DNA of 63,916 nucleotides, filler included, from Klebsormidium nitens (taxonomy: Eukaryota > Plantae > Klebsormidiophyceae), in the NCBI GenBank assembly GCA_000708835.1. It is 6 parts of 6 records of this genome, joined end to end, with 100 filler letters (N's around TTAATTAATTAA, not from the genome) between each part and the next. Parts side by side here need not be neighbours in the genome. Positions count along the whole stretch, not along the records: positions 24,183 to 37,005 come from DF238082.1; positions 37,106 to 46,694 come from DF238207.1; positions 46,795 to 58,634 come from DF238114.1; 3 more parts are not named here. One strand, written 5' to 3'. The number at the start of each line of letters is the position of its first letter. The first letter of the stretch is position 1. Under the pieces are notes generated by a model. That model had not been told where the DNA came from. It did not search any database and worked only from the letters and a program-made list of their open reading frames with translations. The position numbers and the translations under genes were made by a program. Positions 33,221 through 46,869 of this stretch are shown here, piece by piece.

Positions 33221-35350
33221 GAAGCCGCTAGGATGTCGTATCGTACGACTCGGGATACCAACTGAACAAATAAGTCGGTCAATCATAGCATTCCTTGGGT
33301 CACCCTGAAGAGGGTGTCTAACTATCTTGTAAAGTACGTTGGTTTTGTGGCGTTCACCATGATCCATCTTTGATGCTGCCGACAAAAGATCAGTAACTTC
33401 TTGGGTTGAAACATGAGTCGACGTCATGCGTGCGGGCAATGGGTTTCACCTGACGCTTACGCCAGGTCAGGCTTGCTCGCTACTGGATGATAGAAGGCAA
33501 ACGAGAAGTTCCTGCAATTCCCGAAGGCTGGATCGAAGAGCGGCGCTTCCTGTGCATACACTTACATTGGCCGCGCGCGCTCAGGCTCGTAGGCAATCTC
33601 TTGTCGATCTTCACATTTGTAACCATTCTACGATAAGAGGTCATCTATAAAGTTACGCGTGACCGGCCACTTGATCAGTAGGTAGGCTTCATACAGAGTG
33701 TGTTCGTCACACATGCAACTTGATTCATTATTTTCAAAGCCAGACATGAAGGCAGAATTTGACCACCTGAATACTAGAAATGATATGCATGAGCACGATT
33801 TAATCCAATGAACTAAGGGTCTACATGCAAAGGTGCCCGATCCTGCAATTATCATGGGAGAGCAACTTTGAGCGCAGATTCAAAAGGCCCTCAAAATATG
33901 TATGAATCTGATGTTTTAGCGCGCTTACTATAAAGTCATGGCTGCAGGTTTTTAGCCGTACCGGCGCATAAAAGCAGCGCGTATGCATGTGCATGAGATT
34001 CAAACTAGATTCCCAGGCTTATGATTAGTCCAAAACTCCGTATCAGAATTCTTTAACCCCCGACAAATGGGTCCCTTTCAGCGGCCAGAAAGTACCCACC
34101 AGATTGGCGCCGATCAACGCACGTACTGGTTTGGCGTTGATGAAAGGGCACCACTTATGCCTTCGGCTACTAATTGCGCTCAAAGCCAGCTGCATTATCC
34201 GTACCGGCGCATAAAAGCCGCGTTTGTGAGAAACTGATCATTTGTTCCCTTGATGTGTCCGGAATTAACTCCGACATAAGACTCGACTCGGTGCTATGGT
34301 GCAAGTACGTACTAAGTCACATGTTAGTACATGTCACAAGAATCGGAGGAGGTTCGACCGTCAGTCAGCAATTCTATGTTCACACGTACAGCTGCCTGAA
34401 AAGAACATTCAAAAGAGAAGGCGGCATAATTGCAGTTAAGTCAGAACATAAACTCGAACTCGACTCGATCGTCACTGGCATAAGCCCACGTACTGAGATT
34501 TGCTTCCCGCGTTCGTACAACTCATGAAATCATTTCATAGGACTTCAGAAAGTATGCTTCGTCACTGTCCTCGTTGGTACCGCGGGTGGCCATGTGACCG
34601 AACCTATCGGGCAGATACATCAGTGGCCGACGTTAGCGCTCAGATAGTGCATGAAAAAACTAATTTGCTGGCCCTGGGATCCTGATTCTAACTGGACACA
34701 AACCGCGCACTAATGGCTACAGCAACCATGCTGCTTAGATGCTGCTAAACAGAAAAGCCAGCTTAGCTCGTTTCGTTTAGTGGATTGTCCATCTTGCTTA
34801 TATTACTAAGTTATCCTTCCGGAAGTTGGAACGCTACGTTGAAAGTCAACTCCAGGCAACTTCTTTGAATCCAAGGAGATTCGGAATGACTTAACCAGCA
34901 TTATTGTCACTATGCATGCTTTCATCACTGGCATACATTTAATTCTTGTCTTTGGGTGTGCAACAATGCGCCAAGGAACGTCTGCGCTTTGCCAGTTCTT
35001 TTAGCGAGGCGGTATCACGAAGGTCCATACCAGCTCATCGTGGATGGGGTCTGAAACGTGATGATCTAGTAGCCTGGCGAGACTATTCGAACATGTCTTT
35101 AGCGGATGGACACCCGATGGACATCCAATGGACACGAGAGCTTTGAGCAATTGTAAGGGTCTAGTCCGTAATACAAACCTAGCAAGCAAAATGGGACTAG
35201 ACGCACTTTGAACCCTAGTGCACCTCAATGATTCGGGTTTAAACCCGGCCGCCGGGTTCCGCTCTCGCTCAGCTGTCCTAGCTACTCGAGCGATAAGGCT
35301 TTTCGTAAAACAGGAGGATACCAGTAAGCCATCCAACCAGCTGCGCCCAA

Positions 35351-36244
35351 CTAGAGATAGAAGTCCAAAGAAGAACCGGATCTCGGTACTTGCGCACGCC
35401 CAAAAGCAAGTAGATCATCCCTTTGTAGTGTGACGGCCAAGTGCAGTGCAGTCCCCCCCTTATCGGAGACCTGAACGATCGACCCCGCTTCTCTATGCAC
35501 GGTGTATCTATCGCACATCTTCTTTTCTTCATTCAGACACTCACTGACACCAGGCATGTTCTTACAGGCGAAGAACTCCAAGTAGACTAGGTCAGTGTCA
35601 AGCAAGCGCTGCTCAAAGCCCCCCCACGCGTCACCAGCCCTTCGACGGTGTATACCCAGCTTCTCAATCGTTTCTTGTAAAGGAACCAGAAGTCGCAGGT
35701 TTGAGCAATCCCAAACCGTTCCGAGACCATGCACAACTTGCCATGGGTCGAGGACTTCGTACGCTACAGGCCTCCCTTCCAAGTAAAGCAGCACTAGTGC
35801 AACCTCCTTGACCTCTGACTTCATTGTCATCTTAGGATCTCCGGATTTACTGGAGGACGTTCTAGGGCTCTGGGTTTGTTCACTTCTCTGGTCCTCTTGT
35901 TTAACTCCTTCCTCTACAGAAACCCTGTGTTCCCATCTCTGATGATGCGTTACATTCGCAATACGGGCTGCCAGCAGTCGCTTGTAACCTCCCAGGGCTT
36001 GAACTTTGGTGTCAAAGCTCTCAAGCTCTTTCACGGGAAAGTTGCTCGCCACTGAGGGGAACAGAAACGCCGTCTTCCAAAGCTCAAGAGCGTTTTCCGC
36101 AGCGCATTGGAGTGATTTGCTGGCGAAGGTTGCTCGAAGCATGGAAAAAGGGTCCTGACTTGCGAGCTTGCTGATAACAACGAGAAGGACGTCTTCTGGG
36201 CACTCCTGTAGCGCTCCCATGGCTGGCGCTTTGTGCGGAACCAA
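35351..36244 (-). CDS. F-box-like protein, single exon
   Basis: N-terminal LQECPEDVLLVVISKL...LRATFASKSLQCAA..LW resembles an F-box motif. Confidence 0.6.
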   Translation of the reverse strand: MVPHKAPAMGALQECPEDVLLVVISKLASQDPFSMLRATFASKSLQCAAENALELWKTAFLFPSVASNFPVKELESFDTKVQALGGYKRLLAARIANVTHHQRWEHRVSVEEGVKQEDQRSEQTQSPRTSSSKSGDPKMTMKSEVKEVALVLLYLEGRPVAYEVLDPWQVVHGLGTVWDCSNLRLLVPLQETIEKLGIHRRRAGDAWGGFEQRLLDTDLVYLEFFACKNMPGVSECLNEEKKMCDRYTVHREAGSIVQVSDKGGTALHLAVTLQRDDLLAFGRAQVPRSGSSLDFYL

Positions 36245-37149
36245 ATTGTCTCAGGTTTAATAAAAAAGCCTTGATTTGGTATCTTAAGTGAAGGCCGTAT
36301 TCCCCTCAACAGATTGTGGAACAAGAACGAGCAACCTGTTCATCTGGTGTGCACCTGGTGCTCCTCATTGTGCATCCGCCGAAGGATCGGCCCGTCGCGC
36401 GGCCGCGCTTGTGTCAAGCGGCGCGCTGTGCGACGTGCGTCGAGCGCGATCAAGCCGGAATCGAGCCGCCACCACCGCACCTTGGCTGCGCGCTGTGTGC
36501 GCAAAACGTGCGCGGCCGCGACGCGTCTCAGGCGTTCGACAGAGCGGTGGAGCGGCCGCGCTCCCGGCAGTGCGCGCTAGTACGGTGTCAGACGCGCCGC
36601 ATCCCCGCCTTCAGCCCCTCAGGCTTGGAGTAAAGCGCCGCTTCCGACGGCGCTCGGCTGGCGCGCGCAGTCGAAGGCCAGTACCGGGTGTGCTGCGCGC
36701 GCGCGCGCGGGGTGCGCGCACTTCATTTGCGCCGGTGAAGGAGCGGCGGCGCGAATCTCTCTCTGACGAGGCGCGCGGCCCGCTGCGCGTTACGCGCGAT
36801 GTTGTCAGTACTCTTGAGATCGGGAGAGCGTCAGTGTCCTTGAGATCGACGAGAGTAGCCATCATAAACATCTTTGGGCTGGGCCGCACCTCGCTCGCGC
36901 GCGCGTTAGAAAGGATTGAGTGTAGTATGCGCGTCAAAAGCGCGCTATCTATGTGCGCTACGTCACGGTCGGCGCCCTTACAAGCGCTGCATGATTGCCG
37001 CGGCANNNNNNNNNNNNNNNNNNNNNNNNNNNNNNNNNNNNNNNNNNNNTTAATTAATTAANNNNNNNNNNNNNNNNNNNNNNNNNNNNNNNNNNNNNNN
37101 NNNNNTGGATTCCACCAAAGGTAACCTTTACACCACCTTCTCTTCGAGA

Positions 37150-37934
37150 AGTTTATCACCAGGCGCCTTCGCGTCTCTCCCATGCTCACAAGGAGTAAGA
37201 ACGTTTCAAGTAGCCCCTATGCTTGGCGGCATACGCCACAGCCTCATCTCCATCCGAAGTCCCGTCCAAGGACCCCGCTTCAGCTCTCAACTTTAGCTTC
37301 TGCTCTCTCTGCATTAGCTTTGGCTGGATCACATCTAGGGTCAGCTCCTCCTCTCGAGCTCCAAGACTTCCACAAGAGTGGCATACTCCACCGGCAAACT
37401 TTCCAAGGTATGCACGGCCAGCTCACCCTCTGAGACGGTTTGTCCCGCCGCCTCTAACTCTAGCTTGAGCTCCCGGAATTTCCCTAGATATTCTGCAGTG
37501 GCTTTCCTCTTAATTAACCCGTCAGATTCCTTCTTTCCACGGACTCCGGCTCCTCCAATGCACACAACCATCCCTTGTATGCAAGAAGCCCACGAAACTT
37601 GGCCTTCCACGTTGACCCGTTAACACCACACAATTGCGGAATAGACATCTTGTCTCCCGCCATCTCACTTACACTCTCCTCTGAACACAAAGAAGCCAAT
37701 CCCTCCGCTCCTTTTCCTCACAGGCTCACCGACACGAGCATTCAAATTTTGGCCCTCTAAACAACCAAAATTGAATCTGTGCGCCCTCTTCACAACCTAG
37801 CATTGTGGGCCTATAACCTGTTGAAACTCATGATAGGGAGTCGTAGTATAGTTCAGGTATCTCGTCGTTGGGTCTTATCGTGTTGCCCGGCACCTATGCT
37901 CATCACTCATTGCTGGCAGCCATGCATCTCAACA
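37150..37934 (-). mobile_element. Ty1/Copia 5' fragment: short LTR (37819-37934), PBS and degenerate gag
   Basis: TGTTGA...TCAACA LTR. PBS GGTTATAGGCCC on the minus strand. gag MAGDKMSIPQL..TWKAKF and YLGKFRELKLELEAAG..LPVEYATLVEVL. Confidence 0.75.
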
Positions 37935-38009
37935 GGACCACACGAAGTGCTTCACAAGCGGCTTCCTTCTCTCCACAAACTTCACTTAGAATGATGTATC
38001 ACAATACCA

Positions 38010-41000
38010 CCATAAGTCTACGGGTCTCTCCCGTTCCACTAGGCTCACTAGCCTATGTCACACACTATTAGGCTCACTAGCCTAGCTCACAGTCACACTC
38101 CATCTTAGCCTCCGATATCCTCATCTACGGCTTACATTAACGGCCGCTCTCAACCGCCTAACCTCCAAACCGCCCAACGGTTAAACCGTCCAACCGCCGT
38201 ACACGCACGCCGGCGCTCACTAGTTCAAACCCTAACTCGGGCCGAACCGTAATCCCGATACCTCGGCTGACTATAATCACCGAATTCTAACAAAGGCCCT
38301 GTGGGACAAATGTTCTTGTCAAATAATTGAATTCCGACCAAGACGTAGTGAAAAGCTGCCCCCCACAGCTCATCCCCAACCTAAAGAAGACTGCCTAACA
38401 AGCCGTAGCTGCTTAAAATTCATTAAAAAGGTGGAGCCGCGGATCTTGCTTATTTCCATGACACTTTCCCAACTGTCGCTTAAGAGGTGCCCGTCTACAT
38501 GCACGCGACCAGCCGTTACAACTTGCGCAATCTAGGTCGCAGTGCCAAAATGTACGCATCCGGCCGAATTTGAACCCTCGACTCTTCCCTGATCGCAACC
38601 CTCGAAGTCATTCCAACGTCAGCCTTCGGGTCCACTTTTCGTTAGAAATCATGGCCCTACTACTGCGCTATCATTGCGCAAGAATAGCCCAGTGGTACGG
38701 CCCACGATATCTAACAACTTTTTGGGCCCTTTTACTTGCAATAGGGGTGCCGTCAACATTCGTGAACCTCTTAGCTCTTCGTGTTAGGTTTTTGCTTTTT
38801 GGATTCTCGTTCGCTCTCAGAGGGAAAGCCACTTGTCAGGAGTTCGTCCGTTTAAAACGTAGTCGACAACCATGTAGTCATTTGTGAGATACTCTTCCAC
38901 CTTTGGGATGAGATCTGCAATGATTGCCAAATTGAGTTGAGTTCCATGTTGACAATTTCCTTGTTTTCGTTCGCCGTAAAGGCTGCGTTGGTCGCGTTTA
39001 TATTGGCTTGAGGCCACGATGACACCTTAGATGCATTTTTCTATGAGCTTGTTCAATATCCTTTTGAGACTGAATTCTCAAAGGTCCCGCCAATTTTTGT
39101 CACCGTTCCGATATAACCGCGTTTCGATAATCGTCGGTTGAATTTTGGGATTTCCATCATGCTGGTCAGCGTGATTCGCTTCTGGAGAATGGTGTGATAT
39201 AGAAGAGCAATCCATTTAGTATCATGATTTCCTTCCATTGATTGAAGGGTCTTTCTATACTAAATGTGTTTTCTAAAGGAAGAGATCTTCTTTGTCGAGG
39301 TTGATTACAGACATCATTTGTTGTGCTAAATCTGGGTTTGGACTGCTTCGAAGACCCAAGCAGCTTGCTCCAGGTCCCATCCAAAGTCTATATCCATGTT
39401 GACTTGTCGGAGCACCAACAATGTTCCATGTGCCCAATGGCCATGAGTTGGTTGGGGATGAGCCTTTCAATCAATGTTGTCATTTCTTCCATTTCTCAGG
39501 ATCGTGCACTAGTGGAACGGCCACCATGTCGTCCGTTTGATTTTTCATATCAATTTCGTCTTCTTTTTCAGCCATTGAAGTTCTTATTGATCATCAAAAT
39601 GCTAGCGCTTTTTTCCGTCGTTGAAGTGAATGTCCTTGTCTTTGTCTCCTTCAAAATCAATTGTGTTTGATTCCTCCGTGCATTTCATATCTTTGATGCA
39701 TACGGAAGTGCAGGGTGCCGTCTTTTGATCTCCATTCCAGCCATCAAAAGCTAATCGTCGTTATCTTGGCTATAACTATAAGGGACGGGTCTCTGAAAGG
39801 CGAAAAGAGGATGTCGAACAACCAGTCTTCAGAAGTGGCACTAAAGGAGCTGAGTGTATCAGATGATTGTGCAGCAATGTTGACGTAGCAACAGGCTGCA
39901 GCGTTCCAGATGAGCAACTCTGAATGATCATTGGCCATGGGGGTTTGGAGGAGTCGGACAGTAAGTAAAAAGCCCATGTAATCCAAAAGTGAAAGTGCTT
40001 CCTAGTCCTGTGTACACTCGGGAGGGTGGGTGAGGGCAATATGCTGTTGAAAGCAAGCGCCTTGGAGCGCGTTTCAAGTCAAGCACAACTACTAGGAATG
40101 AGTGACCAAGACAAGTCAATGGTCCAAGTCATAAAGCCGTGGCTAGATCTACTTGGTCGAGTCCAACTCTAGCTCTATGTGAGTCAACTCGAACATCAAC
40201 GGCCTAGCCTCCAAGATTCGACAAAGATGCTTATTTAACGGTTTACAGTGGCCTAGGGGGTAACTACCACTAGTGGGGGTAACTGCCAGTGGGGTAACTG
40301 CCAGTGTGGGTAAATGCCAGGGGGTAATTGCCAGGGGGTAATTACCACTCTATCAAACTCAATGAAACGGCTACGAAATCATATAGGATCTTAGAGCGTA
40401 CTCACACAATAGTAGTACTACCTAAATCCAACATATGCTTGCTAAGTAGATCCAGGTTTGAGTGCACTCGCCCGGCCCCGTGTTTGATTCAAACATTGTA
40501 TTCTAATAAGCTTCATCTGCCAACGAGACGGCTTGATACATTTTTTGATTGTGAAGCCAAACGAGGAGGATTGTGAATCGGTTCGACTCATTAACTAACA
40601 ATGATGTCCATATAGGTATGGGCAAGGTCGTTTCGCTACTGCCGAAACGATTGCAAAAATAAAAGCTTGCCGTCCGTCACCAAGTAGTTCTTCCCAGCTG
40701 GCTCCAGTGATTCGATGAAAAAGCAATGGGGTGCTCTTTGCCGTCTCGGCCAATTTGGCTCAGGGTGACCAATCCCGGGTTGTAAAAGTTTGTATGCGGG
40801 AGGAACGGCTTGTCGAAGTCGGACCTCATGAGGACGCGAGCCGAGTACAAAGCCTCATCGATAGCATGCAAGGCACCCGTTTGCTCGGGGCCCTAAACAA
40901 AGGGGACACTCGTTCCCTTTGTTAGTTGGTGTAAGATTTTGGCTTTGGCTGTAATATGTTGAATAAAGTGGCGATAATAACCAGCTAGGTCAATGAAAGC

Positions 41001-42650
41001 TCCGGGTCACGTCCACAGGTTGCGGCCAATCTTTGACAGCCGAGACTTTCTTGGGGTCAGGAAAAAGCTGATTCTTCCTTATGATATGCCCAAAATGTTC
41101 GGCGCTGCTGGTCCCGAAGAGGCATTTTTCCGCGGCTAATTTCAGATTCATGGCATAGAGCTTGGTTAAAATGCGTCTCAGGACTGCCAAATGTTTGTGC
41201 CAAGTTCGGTCAAAGTACATGTGTCATCCAGGTATTGGGTGACACACGGGTCGTGCCCATGGATGTTCTGGTGGAGCACTTCGTTCATTAGTCTCTAATA
41301 TGTACTCGGGGCGCCAATCAGCCCGAAGAGTATGCGCATTACCTGAACAACTTCTGGTGAATCATAAATGCTGTTTTATAAATGCCTTCAAGGGCCATAG
41401 AGGTTTGCCAGTTTCCCGCATCGGCATCCATATTGCTGAAGACCTCAACTTGACCGAGTTGGTCAAATATGGCGTCAGTTATGGGAATTAGGTACCGGTT
41501 TGATGTTGTTACCTTGTTAAATTGTCTTTTAGTCGATACAAAATTGCCAAGTGTCGTCTTGCTAGGACGACGGGTACCGCATAGGGGCTCTTGCTTCGCT
41601 TGATGACTTCCCAGTCTAGCATCGCTTGTGTCCGCCCTGCTACGTCTTCCTTTTCGGCATGAAATACCTGGTGTTGAGAGAGCTTGACGGGCTTCGTTTT
41701 TCGGTTGTCGATGTTGTGTAAGCAGCCTTTGACCATGCCAAGATCGCCTTTGTCTTGTGAATGTTTAAGCAATGCTCTTCTAGAAGGGCCAAAAGCTCAT
41801 CACTTTGTTGGGGGTCAAGATTGTCCCCCAATTGTGATTGTGATTTGACAATTCCCAATGAGTACGCTTTTCTATGGGGTTCGTTGCTCCCGCGGTGGCG
41901 TCGATTTCTTCTGCTGAGCGGCACCGGGCCGCTTCATCTAGTGTTTCGTTCAAAGCTTTGTAAGATTGAAATCGAAGTCTATCTAGATCAGTAAAATTCC
42001 GAATTCGAAACACTTTTGGAATCAGTTGTTGAGGCCGTGATGAACTCGGTAAAGGAGGCTATGATTGTCTGGGACCTTGAAGAAGACCGAGTAACCTTTT
42101 AGCTTGCATATTCAGCAGCTTCAATCCGGTCATTACGTTTTCCTTCAATAGGAAATGGCAAAAGGTTTTAGCTTCGGTCGCACTCTGCAAAGGACGACGC
42201 TTTCGAAGCCGTGCCTGACTATATTTAACCGTTTATTTTGGGGCAACGGGTTGCTTCCGTTCGTCCAATGTTGATTCAATATTCGTCTTTTCGAAAAGAC
42301 TCGGACCAAAGTTCTGTTCCGGTTTGAAAAACTTGAGACAATACAGGAGGGAATTTGAGTTGAAGTTCTCTTTCAATTCAGACTCAAATGCTCGGTGTGA
42401 CTTAGATGTATAATGGCCAATCATGTTCGACGTCATCATCCAAAGTCTTACGGGTCTCTCCCGTTCCACTAGGCTCACTAGCCTACTAGCTCACTAGCCT
42501 AGCTCACAGTCACACTTGATCTTAGCCTTCGATATACTCATCTACGGCTTACACTGACGGCTCTCTTAAACGCCTATAACCTCCAAACCGCCTAACGGTA
42601 TAACCGTCTAACCGCCGTGCACGCACGCCGGCGCTCACTAGTCCAACTCT
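38010..42650 (-). mobile_element. Degenerate Ty3/Gypsy LTR retrotransposon
   Basis: Direct repeats at ~38014-38225 and ~42445-42645. Broken RT (SKSPYAVPVVLARR; KCLFGTSSAEHFGHII..PDPKKVSAVKDWPQP) and RNase H (DFDKPF..EHPIAFSS) remnants. Boundaries are approximate. Confidence 0.75.
40256..40347. repeat. Minisatellite, ~14-15-bp unit GGGGTAACTGCCAGT, about 6 copies
   Basis: Directly visible. Confidence 0.8.
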
Positions 42651-42959
42651 AGACGGGTCAAACCCTGATCACATAGTAATTTGACCGGCTCAGGTCGCAA
42701 ACCTAATGCGTAAACCTAATGCAATACCTAATGAAGTAATGTCAAAGGGACTCACTGTGATATAATCGATTATACTAATAGGTTGATTTTTTACATGCGA
42801 AGTTATTCACACTGAGAACTTGGCCGGATTTCCTGTACCACTGTTATAGTTTGCACTGTGTGGGTACCGGCTACGTAGGTAGATAGGAGCCCTGCGTGTG
42901 ACACACCCGAGGCAGAGTCGAGTGAGCTCAGTAGAGGGGTTTCCGGCGATGGCGGGAAC

Positions 42960-43890
42960 ATGGCGCAGGAGCTCGACATCTTACGCAGCTAAGGCGCAGC
43001 TCTTCTTAGAAGGGTTGGAACTTTGGAGGGAAAGGAGAGGGACGAGGCAAAAGATGCTTTCAAGAGCAAGTGTGAATTGGTTAATGCGTAGTTCAACGCT
43101 TCAAAAAAGGAACTTGTCATTCAGCTAAAAAAATAAGCGCGACAGGATCGTAAACGACATTCTCGTCACCAACAAGAAGTACGTGCGAATTTCGACGCAA
43201 ATTAACGACGCGAGCTTTGCGTTTACACGAAGTAGCATCCAGATTGCCACGTCGGAAGCCACGTCTGTCATTAATGGACATGACGTAGAGGTAGTTTGTA
43301 CAGAGCACGCAAGCATCATTCGAGCAGGTGCTGGAAGTGCAGGATCACATGGTGGACACGTCAGCACTGCGTCAAGGGGAGGTATTAACGCAGCACGTGC
43401 CGAGGATCTTGGAGCCCGCTTCCAGCAATCAGACGCAGCAGATGATGCAGGAGGAGGAGGACGACGATGTCGAAAACCGGGTTCCTTCCCCACTTGGGGG
43501 CCCGCGGTTCGGAATGCAGGCGGTCGGGGCGGTAGAGGCGGGCGCCGGAGGGTGGGGGCTGGTCCGGGTAGGGGAGCTGCCGGGCCTTCTGGGGCTGCAC
43601 GGCGTGCTGCGAGGGCCCCGGTTAACGGCAAAACCGAGTTCAGTGTCACCATCGAGGTGACCCCGGGAGACGTACTGGTCGATGCTGAATATAAGCTGAG
43701 GCGTTCTTTTGGGGAGCGCATGCTCCAGGCATATGGGGGTCTTGAGAAGGGAGCACTGGAGGAGAACCTTCACAGGCAGTGTGTGGCGGAGACCCTCGAG
43801 CCCACGTCGCAGTTGGCCCTGCATCGCGCCCTGAAGCGCATTGTTCGGGGAGACAATACCCCGGCCAATGCGCACGTTCGGGTAACACAA
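42960..43890 (+). pseudogene. Broken hypothetical coding remnant
   Basis: Coding-like segments in different frames (MAQELDILRS*..., VLEVQDHM..., FSVTIEVTPGDVLVDAEYKL...) with stops and a frameshift. Family unknown. Confidence 0.25.
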
Positions 43891-44339
43891 CCGCCATCTA
43901 TGACTTTTCTCTTCTGTTTTGATTGGTTCTGGTTTTCTCGTCAGGGTTGTTCTAAGCTACACTTCAGAAACCTTTCAGGTCTTGCATGCTTTTATGAAAT
44001 GCTCTTTATGATCTTGTATATCCCTCCCGGTCGCTGCTGTGACTTGTAAGTGTGGCGCGCTGCTTCTCAGGAGGGGTACGTACCGTTTTCATGGGAGGAA
44101 TGTTGAGATTCGGGCAAATAGTGTGCGCGATCTTCTCGGTGACGTCGACGGGAGTTCGACGATAACCGGTAGTTAGCGTTGGCGGCTAGATGCGCCCGGG
44201 TTACAGCGTTTACACCCGAATGACTTATTGAGATAACCGCCGTAATGAGTAGGTTCGATAATAGCCGTAGATATTCAGATTTGCGCGACATTTGCGGACT
44301 TGCTTATCCGCGGTCAACCGAGCCTACTAGGCTGTCAGT

Positions 44340-45068
44340 GTAGACCTAGACTAGGAGTGTGACTCCTCTATGACCCTACTTGAGTAAGTTTAGCATAGCA
44401 CACCGACTGCAGAGCTTTAACGCCGCTAGTCTCCGAACACTCGATATGTACTGTGTGAACTTGATCATTCGATCATTCATTCCAAACAACGCCGTATTTC
44501 AAGAGGTTATGGGCCCACGGCGCACCGACGGCGCACGACGGCGCCTGAGGAGTGAAGGCGCAAGCATTCAATAGTAGACCTCCGGGAGGGTGAAAATTGA
44601 ATCTGTGCGCCAAGGTCGGCCAATGGTTCTCTCTTGTCAATGAAGGCATCGGTGGGGGCGTTCTGCTTTATCGTGGATGCTCTTTGAGCACAGCGACATT
44701 TGAAAGCCCGTAACGGGGATCAAGTGGCAGGGAAAGCCTAAAAGGAAATTTTCCACCTTTAGTCCGGAGAAAAAGAGAAAGAGAACGCAATCCCTAAAAT
44801 GGCCGACGGATACAAGGTCCACATCGATAAGTTGGATGTGGAGAACTATAGAACGTGGAGTTCGAAGATTAAGTTTCTTATGACTTCCAAGGATCAATGG
44901 AACGGGGTTGAGGATCCCGTAGCGCACCCGGCTCAATAAACGAAAGCGTGGTCCATCATCGGGCTGAACGTTGAGGACCACCATTTGGGGTCGATTGAGG
45001 AGTGCTAAACCGCAAAGGAGGCGTGGGATCTCCTTGAGAAGACCTACAAGAGCAAAACCAATGCAAGG
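44340..45068 (+). mobile_element. Ty1/Copia 5' fragment interrupted within gag
   Basis: LTR-like segment, then PBS GGTTATGGGCCC (~44505), then gag at 44799 (KLDVENYRTWSSKIKF..AKEAWDLLEKTYKSK), cut at 45069 by TGTTGG. Confidence 0.75.
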
Positions 45069-46571
45069 TGTTGGATTTAGGCGAAATTACCCAAGCTAAT
45101 TACGCCCTAATATCCTACGTAAGTTCGTAGCCGTTCGATTGTAATTTGATGTCGGAATATCGACGGTACGATTCGCGAGTTCGGAGTCAAGTTTTATCGC
45201 CGATATCGACGGTAGGATATTGGTACCGAGGTGGTACGAATTGGCACGAATTGGCACGATTTAGATTGACCTTTAGATTGAGTATTGGTGGTCCAGAATG
45301 GCTGTGTCCGGTTTTGGATTGTACCAGATTGTGTAGGCCGTTAGATTGGATATCGACGGGTTAAGGAAATTGGTACAAGGTGTGCGAATTTCGTTCCATA
45401 GGAAGAGGGAACAATTTTGGTGAACTGTTGATCGGAACTTGGACTCATATAGGCCGTGGATTAGTAGGTACGGTTGGAACCCGTGGTAGGCTAGCTAATT
45501 CCGAGCCCTAGCTATGACCTTGAACATAGTCTTGTTGTGNNNNNNNNNNNNNNNNNNNNNNNNNNNNNNNNNNNNNNNNNNNNNNNNNNNNNNNNNNNNN
45601 NNNNNNNNNNNNNNNNNNNNNNNNNNNNNNNNNNNNNNNNNNNNNNNNNNNNNNNNNNNNNNNNNNNNNNNNNNNNNNNNNNNNNNNNNNNNNNNNNNNN
45701 NNNNNNNNNNNNNNNNNNNNNNNNNNNNNNNNNNNNNNNNNNNNNNNNNNNNNNNNNNNNNNNNNNNNNNNNNNNNNNNNNNNNNNNNNNNNNNNNNNNN
45801 NNNNNNNNNNNNNNNNNNNNNNNNNNNNNNNNNNNNNNNNNNNNNNNNNNNNNNNNNNNNNNNNNNNNNNNNNNNNNNNNNNNNNNNNNNNNNNNNNNNC
45901 CGTGGTAGGCTAGCTAATTCCGAGCCCTAGCTATGACCTTGAACATAGTCTTGTTGTGAGTACTCATTCCTAGTAGTTGTGCTTACTTGAAAGGCGCTTG
46001 CTTTCAACAAATTATGGGCCCACAACGCTAGGGAGTGAGGGAGCCATTGCAAGCAACAACAATTCTAGGTTGGTGAAAGGTATTCCAGTGGGGGCTAAGA
46101 AGGAATGACTCGAGCACTGCGAGCACTTTCCCCGCGACGCCAGTGAAAGTACCCACAAACCTTCCTCAGCACAAAGGAGTGCCCAGCCCAAGAAGCGTTG
46201 TTTGGCTATCGGTAACGATGGCTGAAGGAGTAAAGGTTCATAGAGCCTCTAGATGTAGACAACTATACGGTGTGGTCACAGAGGATGCAACTTCTTTTGA
46301 CACACAAGAAGTTTTGGAAAGGGGTTACCGAACCGGCGGGAGATGCGGAAAGGACCGAGGAAGCAAAGGCCTTGATAGGTTTGCACGTCCGGGACAGCAC
46401 CTAGGGGCAATTTTAGCAGCTAAGAATGCCAAGGAAGCTTGGGACGCGTTGGAAAAGACCTACAAGAGCAAGAGTGCTGCTCGGAAGTTGCAACTCCGGC
46501 ATGAGATGAGCAACCTCAAGATGCGGTCCGGTGTGTCCGTTGTTACGTATGTGGCTAGAGCACAAGTCCTT
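45069..46571 (+). mobile_element. Second Copia (LTR spanning a gap, PBS, gag) nested in the first
   Basis: TGTTGG...TTCAACA followed by ATTATGGGCCC. gag AKEAWDALEKTYKSKSAARKLQLR. Confidence 0.7.
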
Positions 46572-46694
46572 TGTTGAGATTCACCTTGTAGGGGACTAGA
46601 ATTGTGTGGTTTCACTCGTCATCGGGTCTTATCGTAGTTGCCTCAATAACCTCGGCACTCATGCTCATCACACGTTGATGGCAGCCATGCATCC
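46572..46694. mobile_element. Third Copia-type LTR, inserted in or adjoining the second gag and running into a gap
   Basis: Starts TGTTGAG. Shares 'gggtcttatcgt..atgctcatcac..tggcagccatgcatc' with the LTR at 37819-37934. Confidence 0.7.
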
Positions 46695-46869
46695 NNNNNN
46701 NNNNNNNNNNNNNNNNNNNNNNNNNNNNNNNNNNNNNNTTAATTAATTAANNNNNNNNNNNNNNNNNNNNNNNNNNNNNNNNNNNNNNNNNNNNTGGCAT
46801 TTCTAGTTCAATACACACAACTCGTACCTTTAAAATGTACAACGCTCACTTTTGCCAAAAGTGACGAGT

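Noticed and set aside
33956-34218. Exact 20-bp direct repeat CCGTACCGGCGCATAAAAGC (33956 and 34199)
   Set aside because: Only two copies and no associated structure, so no function can be supported.
36288-37061. Arg/Ala-rich 257-aa ORF
   Set aside because: Low-complexity CG-rich sequence ending in a gap; no domain recognised.
45481-45958. Identical 59-bp sequence on both sides of an N gap
   Set aside because: Most likely an unmerged contig overlap, not a biological repeat.
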